The translations under genes and the position numbers were made by a program. Of a stretch of 64,000 bases of DNA, positions 56,200 through 64,000 are shown one piece after another; position 1 is the stretch's first letter; each line of letters opens with the position of its first letter. The notes beneath the pieces were generated by a model. That model had not been told where the DNA came from. It ran no database searches and was given only the letters and a program-made list of their open reading frames with translations. This stretch comes from Thermoproteota archaeon (lineage in GTDB: Archaea; Korarchaeota; Korarchaeia; Korarchaeales; Korarchaeaceae), in contig JAOZFH010000056.1 of the NCBI GenBank assembly GCA_027491415.1, positions 1-64,000 of the forward strand, given 5' to 3'.

Positions 56200-56589
56200 A
56201 TGTATGCCCGTAAGAGAAGGCCGAAGAGGCACAGTTGGAGGGCCCGAGCCAGACCCAGGATGGAACTTCCATTCTCAGCAAGGATCGTGCTGATTGAGGG
56301 GATCTATGGGGCCACAGTGGGGGGGTTGGCGATCGGAGCAGGCCTCCTGATAGGCGAGTTCGGGGTGTGGGCGGCTATCCTATGGATGCTTAGCGCTGAG
56401 AGCATCATGCGTCTGTTCTACGGTCTGATGATCCTGATTTCTGGATTAATACTCTCGATTCCAATTGCGCAGAGAAGGCGGGTCAGGTCGGTGATCGCGA
56501 TCATAGTTGCCGCCTCGCTCTGGATCCTCATCTCAAGGCACTACGGATTTCACCCGATCTACTCTCTGTTTGGCCCCCTGCCCTACTGA
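56200..56589 (+). CDS. Small multi-TM membrane protein
   Basis: Basic N-terminus followed by about 4 hydrophobic segments; ATG 3 bp after the pyrH stop. Confidence 0.6.
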   Translation: MYARKRRPKRHSWRARARPRMELPFSARIVLIEGIYGATVGGLAIGAGLLIGEFGVWAAILWMLSAESIMRLFYGLMILISGLILSIPIAQRRRVRSVIAIIVAASLWILISRHYGFHPIYSLFGPLPY

Positions 56590-56625
56590 AGCTCGGAAAA
56601 CAGAGGATACCGTAATGAAATAGGA

Positions 56626-56703
56626 TGGTGCTCCGGCCGGGATTTGAACCCGGGTCTGGGGCTCGAGAGGCCCCTATGCTTGGCCTGGCTACACCACCGG
56701 AGC
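56626..56703 (-). tRNA. tRNA-Glu(CTC)
   Basis: Anticodon arm GGGGC-CTCTCGA-GCCCC; encoded CCA. Confidence 0.96.
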
Positions 56704-56737
56704 CCGACTTCGTCGGGAGAGGGAGGCTATATAAAAA

Positions 56738-57331
56738 TTGAGCCTCCCCGCGGCCCCGAACTTGCCAGTAATTCTAGTCACGGGAGTTCCCGGGTCTGGG
56801 AAGAGCACGGTCTCTAGGATACTAGCTGAGAAACTCGGTGGTGAAGTCATCGAAGTCAACGTATTCGCTATTGAGAAGGGGCTGGTCGTCGGGGCTGATG
56901 AGGACAGAGGGGTTCATATACTCGATATTGATGGTCTGAGAACCGCTCTCCGTCGAGAACTCTCAGAGAGGGAGGGGTGGGTGATCGTCTCCACGACCTA
57001 CCCGGAGGCGGTACCGGCAGATCATGTGAGCTTCGTCGTTGTTCTGAGGTGCGATCCGGAGGAGCTCGCGGGGAGGCTCCTTAGTAGGAAGTACGAGAAG
57101 CCCAAGGTCATTGAGAACTTAGAGGCTGAGATCGTGGACTTCTGCGGAACGTCTGCCAGACACCACCTCCCAGGAAAGCCGTTGCTGGAGGTAGATACCT
57201 CGCGAATTTCCCCGGAGGAGGTGGCCGACGGGATCTTGGAGGCGATTCGGAAGGGGGTTGTCCAGAGTCAGCCGATTCGCTGGCCGAGGGGCCCGCTGGT
57301 GATCCAGAGGCTTAAGGCGAGGGATCCATAA
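56738..57331 (+). CDS. AK6/Fap7-type adenylate kinase
   Basis: TGVPGSGKST, VVVLRC.P..L..RL..R.Y...KV.EN.EAE. Confidence 0.88.
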   Translation: MSLPAAPNLPVILVTGVPGSGKSTVSRILAEKLGGEVIEVNVFAIEKGLVVGADEDRGVHILDIDGLRTALRRELSEREGWVIVSTTYPEAVPADHVSFVVVLRCDPEELAGRLLSRKYEKPKVIENLEAEIVDFCGTSARHHLPGKPLLEVDTSRISPEEVADGILEAIRKGVVQSQPIRWPRGPLVIQRLKARDP

Positions 57332-57339
57332 GCTTGGAA

Positions 57340-59025
57340 TCAATTCCTCCACTCCAGCGTGTGAAACGAGGGGGCCTTTTGAGCGAGAATGGTGAGTTCT
57401 CTATCCGTTATAGGTGTGGCTTCGACTGAGGGCGGAGCCACCGTACACCTCACTGGAGCGGGTCTGCCCTCCATGATCACGACGGCTTCACCTGGTCTGA
57501 GGGTGAAGATAGCGCTTGCTGGATCGTTCTCACCATCCTTCAGGGGGGAGAGGAGGGGTTTCAGGATTTGAAAATCTCTGGGGGATCCAAGTGCGTGGAT
57601 CACCTTTATGGCCGAGTTCCTCATGGCGCTTCTCGAGAGGGCGTGGGGGGCCTGAGTCACTATCATCATGCCCACCCCAAACTTCCTCAGTTCCCCAAGC
57701 ATCTTGTCAGTTACCGTAGCGCCCCTCTCATCTGAGATCGTGGGTAGGACGCGCTCTCCCTCTTCGACCAGCACCACCTGCCGGAGCGGAGATCCGAGTC
57801 CCCACGCCCTTGCGCTGTCGTAGACCCTCTTCAGGATCACATGAACTAGGAGGTCCCTTACCGTATCGGACTCTACGCTCCCTAGAAGTATGGAGGTTGG
57901 CCTGTCCAGCTGGCTGACGTTAGGAAATCTCTCAACCAGAAGATGGGCTCTCCCCTCTCCTTCGACGAGAGGCTCCAGCTTCCTTAGAAGCGCCAGCTTG
58001 CTCTCCATCTCCGGCCCACTTCTCTCCCTGTATTCGGATACCTCGTCCATCAAATCGGCCAACGTTGGGTCTTCTCCTAGACTCGCCCTCAGGGCGCTTG
58101 AGAGGCACCTATGGACTATGAAAGTCTGGGAGGGGGTGAGGCTGAGGGCATCTCGTAAAACCTCTACGTACATGTCGGCCCCCTGCGGATTTGATGCGAT
58201 CCCCCAGAGGACGTTCAGGGAAGGGCCACCGGAGGCGCCGACGACAGATCCTCCTAACCTCGTCACAATACCAGTGTATTCGTTGTGGTGATCCAGTACC
58301 AAAAATGGGATGCCGTAGTCAGACCACAGTCTCTCACATATAGCCATCGCAGTGGTTGACTTTCCAGAACCAGTCCTCCCCATTAGGAGGATGTGTTTAG
58401 AGATCAGGTTCACCGGCAGCCTTACAGGCCTTCTCCCACCATCATACCCAAGGAGCACTGCCGGCGAGCGCTTGCCCACCTCGACACTGGGCAGCCTGAG
58501 CCTCGGGGTAGAGGGAGTCCCGGACTTGCGTCCATAAGTCAAAAGATCAGGCCAAGTCCGCCTACCCATGTCAACAACTTCAAGGTCGCGTCCAAGTACG
58601 CTTCGAAGGGCGGACAGGGCCGCCTTGGCTGAGATGGCTCCCTTTTCCCCGCGCTCAGCTACGGCAAGAATAGGGGCCGACGGGCCGGATGAACCCAAGC
58701 GCTGGAGGAGGTGTCCTTCTAGCCCTGTTGCCTCCAGAACCTGGTGAATGAGGGTAACGTCCACTTCGGCCTTACTTCGGGAGTCCTTGGGTGTGAGGAC
58801 GTATGCATGAAGGTCCGCCTCCTGACCGCGGAGTCTAGACCTAGCGAGTAGTGCCAAGATTCCGGTAATTAGAGCTGTGGGCAGCAATATGGGCACGACC
58901 GACAGCAGCGTCTCGGAAGAAAGGCCCCAAGAGAGTTGAACACCGCGTGCCAGCTTTTTCCGCAGCTCGTTGACCACCACCAAGGCCACGAGAAGGTACG
59001 GAATATTTTTGCCTCTCTCAGGCAA
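57340..59025 (-). CDS. Membrane-anchored HerA/FtsK-superfamily (DUF87) ATPase
   Basis: N-terminal hydrophobic segments; HILLMGRTGSGKS, LDHHNEY, VEEGE, ELRKFGVG..VTQ, L.PGEA. Confidence 0.85.
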   Translation of the reverse strand: MPERGKNIPYLLVALVVVNELRKKLARGVQLSWGLSSETLLSVVPILLPTALITGILALLARSRLRGQEADLHAYVLTPKDSRSKAEVDVTLIHQVLEATGLEGHLLQRLGSSGPSAPILAVAERGEKGAISAKAALSALRSVLGRDLEVVDMGRRTWPDLLTYGRKSGTPSTPRLRLPSVEVGKRSPAVLLGYDGGRRPVRLPVNLISKHILLMGRTGSGKSTTAMAICERLWSDYGIPFLVLDHHNEYTGIVTRLGGSVVGASGGPSLNVLWGIASNPQGADMYVEVLRDALSLTPSQTFIVHRCLSSALRASLGEDPTLADLMDEVSEYRERSGPEMESKLALLRKLEPLVEGEGRAHLLVERFPNVSQLDRPTSILLGSVESDTVRDLLVHVILKRVYDSARAWGLGSPLRQVVLVEEGERVLPTISDERGATVTDKMLGELRKFGVGMMIVTQAPHALSRSAMRNSAIKVIHALGSPRDFQILKPLLSPLKDGENDPASAIFTLRPGEAVVIMEGRPAPVRCTVAPPSVEATPITDRELTILAQKAPSFHTLEWRN

Positions 59026-59776
59026 ATCTGGCCACCTCCAACCCCTGCAGGAGGAGTTTAGTCCGCCTTCTCAGCGCCGAGGAGCTCACGCCTGCGGCGC
59101 GTGCCACCCTCTCCTGTGTTATGAACCTCAATCCCAGAGTCCTAGCCGTGAGCCACACGGTCGCCGCTGCCGTGACTGCCGGGCTCTTGCCGGCGAGTTC
59201 CAACCTCGTGACCTTGCCCGTCACCTTAAGCAGCTCGAGTGACTTCACGTGGAGCCTGTCAAGAGCGACGCCCCAATGTTCGCCGAAAAGGTCGCACAAG
59301 ATAGATTGAAGGGCGGGATCCCGCTTGAGGTGGGATACTATGGAGGATATGTATTGCCTCACCGACCTGCTGTCGATTACGGGTGACCTGCAAGCCGAAG
59401 ATACCTCACCCACCATGATCGCAAGCTTCTTGGGGCTTACCCTGAGCCCCACGCTGGCGGCAGCCTGTGAAACGGTCTTCAGTGTTAACGGAGTCCCGAG
59501 AATTCTGCTTGCCACGACCAGAGACGCCAAGTAGAGGTACCCCTTCCTCCTCCTGTGGAGGCTTTTTGGTAAGCCCGAGATAATCGCCTTAACCAGGTCC
59601 AAAAGTCGCGGAGGTGCGTCCAGCTCGCTTACTACCTCAGAGAGCCACCGGGGTAAGTGTTCTCTTCTCCCCCAAGCGAGGGGGTAGTGGTTTGCTAGGT
59701 CAGAGTAACTTACGTAGGGATCTACGGAGGACGACGGTTGCCACTCGCAGGCCGATGGAGGCAAGTCCCCCTCCAT
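59018..59776 (-). CDS. Divergent TFB core-domain paralog lacking the zinc ribbon
   Basis: Cyclin-repeat motifs LAS..ASR..GTPLTLK and GKSPAVTAAATVWL...TQERVARAAGVSSSALRRR, alignable by eye to the window's TFB; no N-terminal CxxC pair. Confidence 0.75.
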   Translation of the reverse strand: MEGDLPPSACEWQPSSSVDPYVSYSDLANHYPLAWGRREHLPRWLSEVVSELDAPPRLLDLVKAIISGLPKSLHRRRKGYLYLASLVVASRILGTPLTLKTVSQAAASVGLRVSPKKLAIMVGEVSSACRSPVIDSRSVRQYISSIVSHLKRDPALQSILCDLFGEHWGVALDRLHVKSLELLKVTGKVTRLELAGKSPAVTAAATVWLTARTLGLRFITQERVARAAGVSSSALRRRTKLLLQGLEVARFA

Positions 59777-59786
59777 GTTGACGGAA

Positions 59787-59847
59787 TTGAGAAATATTAG
59801 TGTGAATTATGGAGAAAAAATTTAGGAAAATTTCTCAAAAGTTTCCT
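59787..59847. promoter_or_regulatory. AT-rich promoter region with inverted repeats upstream of the TFB-like gene
   Basis: TTGAGAAAT(59787-95)/ATTTCTCAA(59830-38) and AGGAAA(59824-29)/TTTCCT(59842-47). Confidence 0.5.
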
Positions 59848-59852
59848 GCGAG

Positions 59853-60221
59853 TCAGGGGCTCGCGCTGACGATGTCTCTCAGCAGAAAGTAGACCTCGGC
59901 CCCCCTAGAGAAATTGGCCAGATCCGCCATTCGACCCTTAAGCTCCAGGATCACCAGTAGGCCGTATGCTGACGCTCGAAGGGAGTTCTCGTCAGACCGG
60001 TAGACCACAGTATTCATTAGAAGATCCCCTTCACTGGTGGTGGGCTTCTCCTCCACCAAAAGGGCCTCTCCCTCATATCCCTCTGATAGTCTTCGGGCAA
60101 GACCGAGTGGGACCTCGATCGAAAGGGCTCCCTCCACAGGGGACTCAACCGAGAACCTCAGAGTAGCTACTCCACCGACTGGATCTTCTTTCCTCTCAAC
60201 TAGCTTGACGTGGAGCTTCAT
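59853..60221 (-). CDS. rpoG: RNA polymerase subunit Rpo8/G (RPB8 homolog)
   Basis: OB-fold pattern with LMN.VVY, SAYGLLV.L, VYFLL, resembling the RPB8 S.GGLL and VYLL motifs. Confidence 0.7.
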   Translation of the reverse strand: MKLHVKLVERKEDPVGGVATLRFSVESPVEGALSIEVPLGLARRLSEGYEGEALLVEEKPTTSEGDLLMNTVVYRSDENSLRASAYGLLVILELKGRMADLANFSRGAEVYFLLRDIVSASP

Positions 60222-60301
60222 CGTCAGCTCACTTCTCCCTCTGGACTAAAAGTTATTCGCCAGAAGAAACCGTTAGTCTGTTCAGGGCCCTGAAGATTGA
60301 G

Positions 60302-60616
60302 ATGCGGGATCAGCGTCTAGACGACCTACTCTGGGCCCACCTATCATTCAAGAGAAAGCTCCGAGCAGAGCTACTGGGGAACGCCGGCTCCTTAGACCTG
60401 CAATCTATCCTTGAAATGGCATTAATCGTAGCAGAGGCGGCGTCCTACGTTCTTGCCGACAGGGAAAGGGTGCAGGAGATTCTGAGGAGGGTGAAGGAAC
60501 TCGCGCACTCTACGGGAGATGACGTTGAGGATGAGGCCATCCGGCTCTCTAGGGCCCTAACGAGGGTGGTGAACCAAGCCGTTGAGGCGGCGATGGGGGC
60601 GTCTAGATGGCCCTAA
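60302..60616 (+). CDS. Hypothetical helical protein
   Basis: ATG-initiated ORF filling the intergenic space. Confidence 0.55.
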   Translation: MRDQRLDDLLWAHLSFKRKLRAELLGNAGSLDLQSILEMALIVAEAASYVLADRERVQEILRRVKELAHSTGDDVEDEAIRLSRALTRVVNQAVEAAMGASRWP

Positions 60617-60619
60617 GGG

Positions 60620-60904
60620 TTACTCCCCCTTCGTCGCTATGTAGAGTTTTAGAAGGCGCTCGTCGACGACTATCATCTCGCGAATGTACTTCACCGTTGA
60701 GTAGGGGATGAGGACGTATCCCTCTCGATCCCTCTTCAGCTTCTTGGTCAGAGAGCCGGCCGCTCCCTTTGCCTCCTCCACGACGAGGGAGATCGCCTTA
60801 CCCGACAGCTCGTCGACAACCAGGTCGACGAGTTCTCCGAGCACGAGACCCCTATCCGTAATGACCCCCCGACCTCCCAATCTGCTGACGGAGTACCTGG
60901 CCAC
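60620..60904 (-). CDS. PRC-barrel domain protein (CdpB-like)
   Basis: L.GR.VITDRG..LG...DLVVD..SG, IPYS.V..I.E.IVV; GTG start with GGAGGT SD. Confidence 0.82.
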   Translation of the reverse strand: MARYSVSRLGGRGVITDRGLVLGELVDLVVDELSGKAISLVVEEAKGAAGSLTKKLKRDREGYVLIPYSTVKYIREMIVVDERLLKLYIATKGE

Positions 60905-60945
60905 GGACCCGTTACCTCCCGATCCCCGATCAGGGTTAACTCTGA

Positions 60946-61021
60946 TGGTGGGCCGGGTGGGACTCGAACCCACGACCTCCGCCTCGTCAAGGCGGCGTCA
61001 TAGCCGCTAGACCACCGGCCC
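60946..61021 (-). tRNA. tRNA-Val(GAC)
   Basis: Anticodon arm CCGCC-TTGACGA-GGCGG; encoded CCA. Confidence 0.96.
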
Positions 61022-61056
61022 AGCGGTTGGACCGGGGATCAGGCGAATAATAAACG

Positions 61057-61296
61057 TTAGGGGGGTCGGAGATCGGCCACCTCCAAGAGATCCTCTATTA
61101 AGGCCAGGGACCTCAAAAGTGAGTTCAGCTCCGCACGCAGCCTTCTAGGAGAGTCAGAGAATAGGACAAACGTCAGCAAGCCCTGTTCAACCGAAGGTCT
61201 GGGCAGGAAGTGGTCTGGAGAGAGGACCCCCAGGATCAGCGCGGCTACGTGAGGAGGCGCTTTCACGAATAACTTAGCGGAGTACCTTCCGGTCAT
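61057..61296 (-). CDS. pcc1: KEOPS complex subunit Pcc1
   Basis: L.PD, D...LRA.LNS.LR motif; canonical position after the Brix gene in the exosome superoperon. Confidence 0.7.
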   Translation of the reverse strand: MTGRYSAKLFVKAPPHVAALILGVLSPDHFLPRPSVEQGLLTFVLFSDSPRRLRAELNSLLRSLALIEDLLEVADLRPP

Positions 61297-61300
61297 AACG

Positions 61301-61864
61301 TCACCCGGGCTTCACGACCGCGCGGAGGAAGAGTCTGGGACCGACTTCCCTCGACCCCCTCGCCCCGGTCAGGTAGAAGCTCGCGGTGGGACGGGAATTA
61401 ATCCTCCTGATCCAAAGGACAACATCCGAGTCTGGGAGGTCTCTCTCCTCATTTGCCGCGGCGACTGCATTCACTCCCAGCCCTGACGCGAGGGCTGAGG
61501 CGTATTCGCCGTGTTCTTCACTCTCCTGGTAGGCAACCGCGAGGTCCAGAACCCTGGGGACTCTCTCAGGCTTCTTGCGGTACAGCTCCCTCCTAAGGGT
61601 CACCCCCTCCAGCAGGACGTGGGCTGCAGTCGGCCTGATCGCGACAACCGACGCCTCGTAGAACCTCAGTCCGCCCGGGTTCCCCTTCCTCTCGGTGACC
61701 ACGAGCACCCTACTGAGTCCCTGCCTGAGGGCCTCCAACCTGAGGTCGTCAAGGCTCTTTTTGCCGCGGTTCACTCGGACGGCCCTGGGTATCACGTGAG
61801 AGAGGTCTCGAATGAACGCCCGAGTTCTCTGAGAGGGGTCCCTAGAGGTCGTGATTAGGATCAA
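61301..61864 (-). CDS. Brix/Imp4-domain ribosome biogenesis protein
   Basis: MILITTSRDPSQRTR.F, NRGKKS, ERKGNPG. Confidence 0.9.
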   Translation of the reverse strand: MILITTSRDPSQRTRAFIRDLSHVIPRAVRVNRGKKSLDDLRLEALRQGLSRVLVVTERKGNPGGLRFYEASVVAIRPTAAHVLLEGVTLRRELYRKKPERVPRVLDLAVAYQESEEHGEYASALASGLGVNAVAAANEERDLPDSDVVLWIRRINSRPTASFYLTGARGSREVGPRLFLRAVVKPG

Positions 61865-61876
61865 GAGGGACCCGCC

Positions 61877-62137
61877 TCAGCGTCCAGTCACCCTAGCAAG
61901 CCCGGCCTCAGCTGTCGTGGACACTGAGGTCCTCGGTTCCCACGCGCCTCCGGCGAACTCAAACCCGCACTTCTTGCACTTCCAAATCCCCAGCCTGATC
62001 CTACGCAGGGCCTCGGCCCCGCACCTGGGGCACTTGTACTTGGCCTTGCTCTTGGCCAAGACCGCCTCGTACTGCCGCCTAATCCTCAATCCGTACCTAG
62101 GCGTCCTCAGCTTCGCCATAGGGGGTCTCTTGGTCAC
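61877..62137 (-). CDS. rpl37ae: 50S ribosomal protein L37Ae (eL43)
   Basis: RYG..IRR, CPRCG, GIWKCKKCG..FAGGAW. Confidence 0.94.
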   Translation of the reverse strand: MTKRPPMAKLRTPRYGLRIRRQYEAVLAKSKAKYKCPRCGAEALRRIRLGIWKCKKCGFEFAGGAWEPRTSVSTTAEAGLARVTGR

Positions 62138-62138
62138 C

Positions 62139-62957
62139 TCAGACCAACCCTCCCTGCTCCCTGAGTATCCCCTCCACCTCTGAGTACTTGGAGCGCGCTA
62201 TCGACACCGCCCTTTTAATCTCATCTACCCTGAAGGAGCCGTGCCTCTTCTGGATTGAACAGACCCTTCCTGAGGAGTCGATTGATATGGTTATGGCGGC
62301 GTCCGAGACGAGTTCCTCCTCAAGCGTGGGGTCGAGCATCAGGGCATCGCCAATCTTGATGAAGGTGAAGGTTATCGGGAGATCTCTGAGTGGGAGGTCA
62401 AACGTCTCCTCCTTCACTATCATCTCTCCGTCCTCGGTCACCTCCACGACCGGTATCCTCGTTCTGGAGAGAGCGACCAGCGAACCCAGCGCGAAGGCGT
62501 CGATTATGTTCCCGTCGTGGTCGAGGGCGTACATGTCCAAGAAGATCATGTAAACCAGCTCTCCTGACTTTATCGCGAGGGCCTCCATGTCGATGGCGTT
62601 CGATCCCCTCAGGGCCCTGTCCACGACTCTGGCCATCTCGATGGCGTTCTCGTCGGGCGGCCCCGGTTCGAACGTGGGCGAGGCCAGCGGGAGCAGTTCG
62701 ACGTTGGAGATCAGGACCCCCTTGTCTGGGGTGTCCGGGAAGGGGGTACCAACGTCAGCCTTGACGCCAACGAGCACCTGCGTGGCGCCCAAGGAGATCC
62801 AAGCCTCGCCCTCCGCCTTGGTGAAGGTACCGGGCCTGATCTTGATCTCTCGGATCTCGTCAAAGGCTCTCCCGTCCTTTCTCTGGCCGCTGGCGGCCAG
62901 CTCCCTGATGTAGTCACCTACCAGCTCGGCAGCTATCCTCTCGTCGAGCACTCTCAC
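62139..62957 (-). CDS. rrp42: Exosome subunit Rrp42
   Basis: R.DGR..DE.R, PFPDTPDKG, FEPGPPDE, RVVDRALR, DHDGN, DPTLEEE. Confidence 0.95.
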   Translation of the reverse strand: MRVLDERIAAELVGDYIRELAASGQRKDGRAFDEIREIKIRPGTFTKAEGEAWISLGATQVLVGVKADVGTPFPDTPDKGVLISNVELLPLASPTFEPGPPDENAIEMARVVDRALRGSNAIDMEALAIKSGELVYMIFLDMYALDHDGNIIDAFALGSLVALSRTRIPVVEVTEDGEMIVKEETFDLPLRDLPITFTFIKIGDALMLDPTLEEELVSDAAITISIDSSGRVCSIQKRHGSFRVDEIKRAVSIARSKYSEVEGILREQGGLV

Positions 62958-63712
62958 TCACCCCTCCTCAAGATCTCCAGCCTCACGGCCTCGTACGGCC
63001 TCCTCAGAGCCTCCTTCTGGACCTCGTAGATCAGATCAGCGGCCTGAGATGCGAGCTCAAGGGCCTTGTCGAACTGCTCCTGCGTCATCGGCCCGTCCAG
63101 CTGGAGGAGGGTAATCTCCTTCTCCTCCATCAGAAAGGCCACAGGGATGTCCGCGTCGCCCCACTGATCCTCGTCGTGGTTGGGGTCCACTACTACCCAG
63201 TCCCCGACGCGGCCAACTGCGACCGCCGTCACCAAGCCCCTCATCTCTATCCCGGCGTCCGCTAAGGCCAAAGAGGCCGCCGTTACGCCCGCTACCCTCG
63301 TCCCCGCGTCGGACCTCAGGATCTCAACGAACACGTCTATAGCCGTTCCCGGATATCTCTCCAAGAAGATGGAAGGTAAGAGTGCCTCTCGAATCACCTT
63401 TGAGAGTTCCACGCTCCGCCTGTCCGGACCCGGTCTCTTCCTCTCCGGAGTAGAGAAGGGAGCCATGTTGTACCTGCACCTCAGTAAGGCCCTATCTGGG
63501 AGAGTCATGTGCTTTGGGTGAACCTCCCTTGGCCCGAAGACGGCGGCGAGCACGCGATTCCCCCCCCACTCGAGGTACGCAGAGCCGTCCGCCCGGCTCA
63601 ACAAGCCAACCTGAATCTTAACGGGACGGAGGTCCAAGGGCCCCCTCCCATCGGTCCTGATACCGTCCTCGGTTATGAGGACCTCCGGCTTTTTCTCGAC
63701 GATAAGCGGCAA
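62954..63712 (-). CDS. rrp41: Exosome subunit Rrp41
   Basis: ADGSAYLEWG, GPRE.HP, YNMAPFS, DAGTR, DP..DED. Confidence 0.96.
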   Translation of the reverse strand: MPLIVEKKPEVLITEDGIRTDGRGPLDLRPVKIQVGLLSRADGSAYLEWGGNRVLAAVFGPREVHPKHMTLPDRALLRCRYNMAPFSTPERKRPGPDRRSVELSKVIREALLPSIFLERYPGTAIDVFVEILRSDAGTRVAGVTAASLALADAGIEMRGLVTAVAVGRVGDWVVVDPNHDEDQWGDADIPVAFLMEEKEITLLQLDGPMTQEQFDKALELASQAADLIYEVQKEALRRPYEAVRLEILRRGE

Positions 63713-63717
63713 ATCCT

Positions 63718-64000
63718 CTACACCTCCCCAGCCTCCGATCCCCGGGGGTCTATAATGCCGGAACTCTCGATCAGCTTGAGGACCCTGTCGCTAAGGCCGG
63801 AGACGTGAGACTCCCTCTCTATCTTAGCGAGAACCTGTTCCATGAGGAGCGCGTGCTTAAGTGACTTGGGGTTGTACCAGATCACCCCATTCTGGCCGAC
63901 GACGATTTCAGGTCCGAGCTTGCTCTTCAGCAGCATGAGCATGGACTGACGCTTTCCTATGACTCTCGGGACCCTCGTCGGGTTAATCATGTAGACACGG
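63718..64000 (-). CDS. rrp4: Exosome RNA-binding subunit Rrp4 (5'-truncated by window)
   Basis: KH motif P.RVPRVIGK..SM, VGQNG.IW, IE.ESH.SGL.DR. Confidence 0.92.
   Translation of the reverse strand, partial: RVYMINPTRVPRVIGKRQSMLMLLKSKLGPEIVVGQNGVIWYNPKSLKHALLMEQVLAKIERESHVSGLSDRVLKLIESSGIIDPRGSEAGEV

Noticed and set aside
55517-57331. Motif deviations in PyrH (LLGG for KLGG) and AK6 (STTY for the D/E-x-H motif)
   Set aside because: Could be ordinary lineage divergence; cannot be judged without an alignment
1-64000. CRISPR arrays, IS elements, rRNA, SRP or RNase P RNA
   Set aside because: No regularly spaced repeats, transposase motifs or conserved signatures seen

Overview
Gene-dense, GC-rich archaeal chromosomal segment made up almost entirely of core informational and housekeeping genes. 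These cover replication and repair (GINS23, intein-containing MCM, Hel308, Lhr, RFC-S/L, Cdc6/Orc1), transcription (TBP, TFB, Rpo6/8/10/12), translation (aIF2-gamma, aIF5B, r-proteins, class I LysRS), RNA processing and modification (exosome, RNase Z, beta-CASP, TgtA, TrmI, Trm11, Taw1), a thermosome subunit, a proteasome beta subunit and seven tRNA genes. An Rpo8 homolog and a GINS23-mcm pair occur alongside an oapABC cluster and a PRC-barrel gene; this mix suggests a Korarchaeota-like or deep TACK thermophile (inference). I saw no CRISPR array, integrase, transposase or rRNA. Best second-look items: (1) an unannotated box C/D sRNA whose guide targets C34 of the tRNA-Leu(CAA) in this window; (2) a zinc-ribbon-less TFB core paralog coupled to a membrane-anchored HerA/CedB-like ATPase behind an AT-rich inverted-repeat promoter; (3) palindromic promoters at tbp and tfb; (4) tRNA-Gly(UCC) with C33 and a 15-nt intron that can mimic the anticodon stem; (5) an in-frame TAA inside oapB; (6) a radical SAM protein whose CxxxCxxC motif is split by a ferredoxin-like insert; (7) a candidate ~136-nt structured RNA upstream of trmI. 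Protein calls come from recognising motifs by eye, not from database searches.
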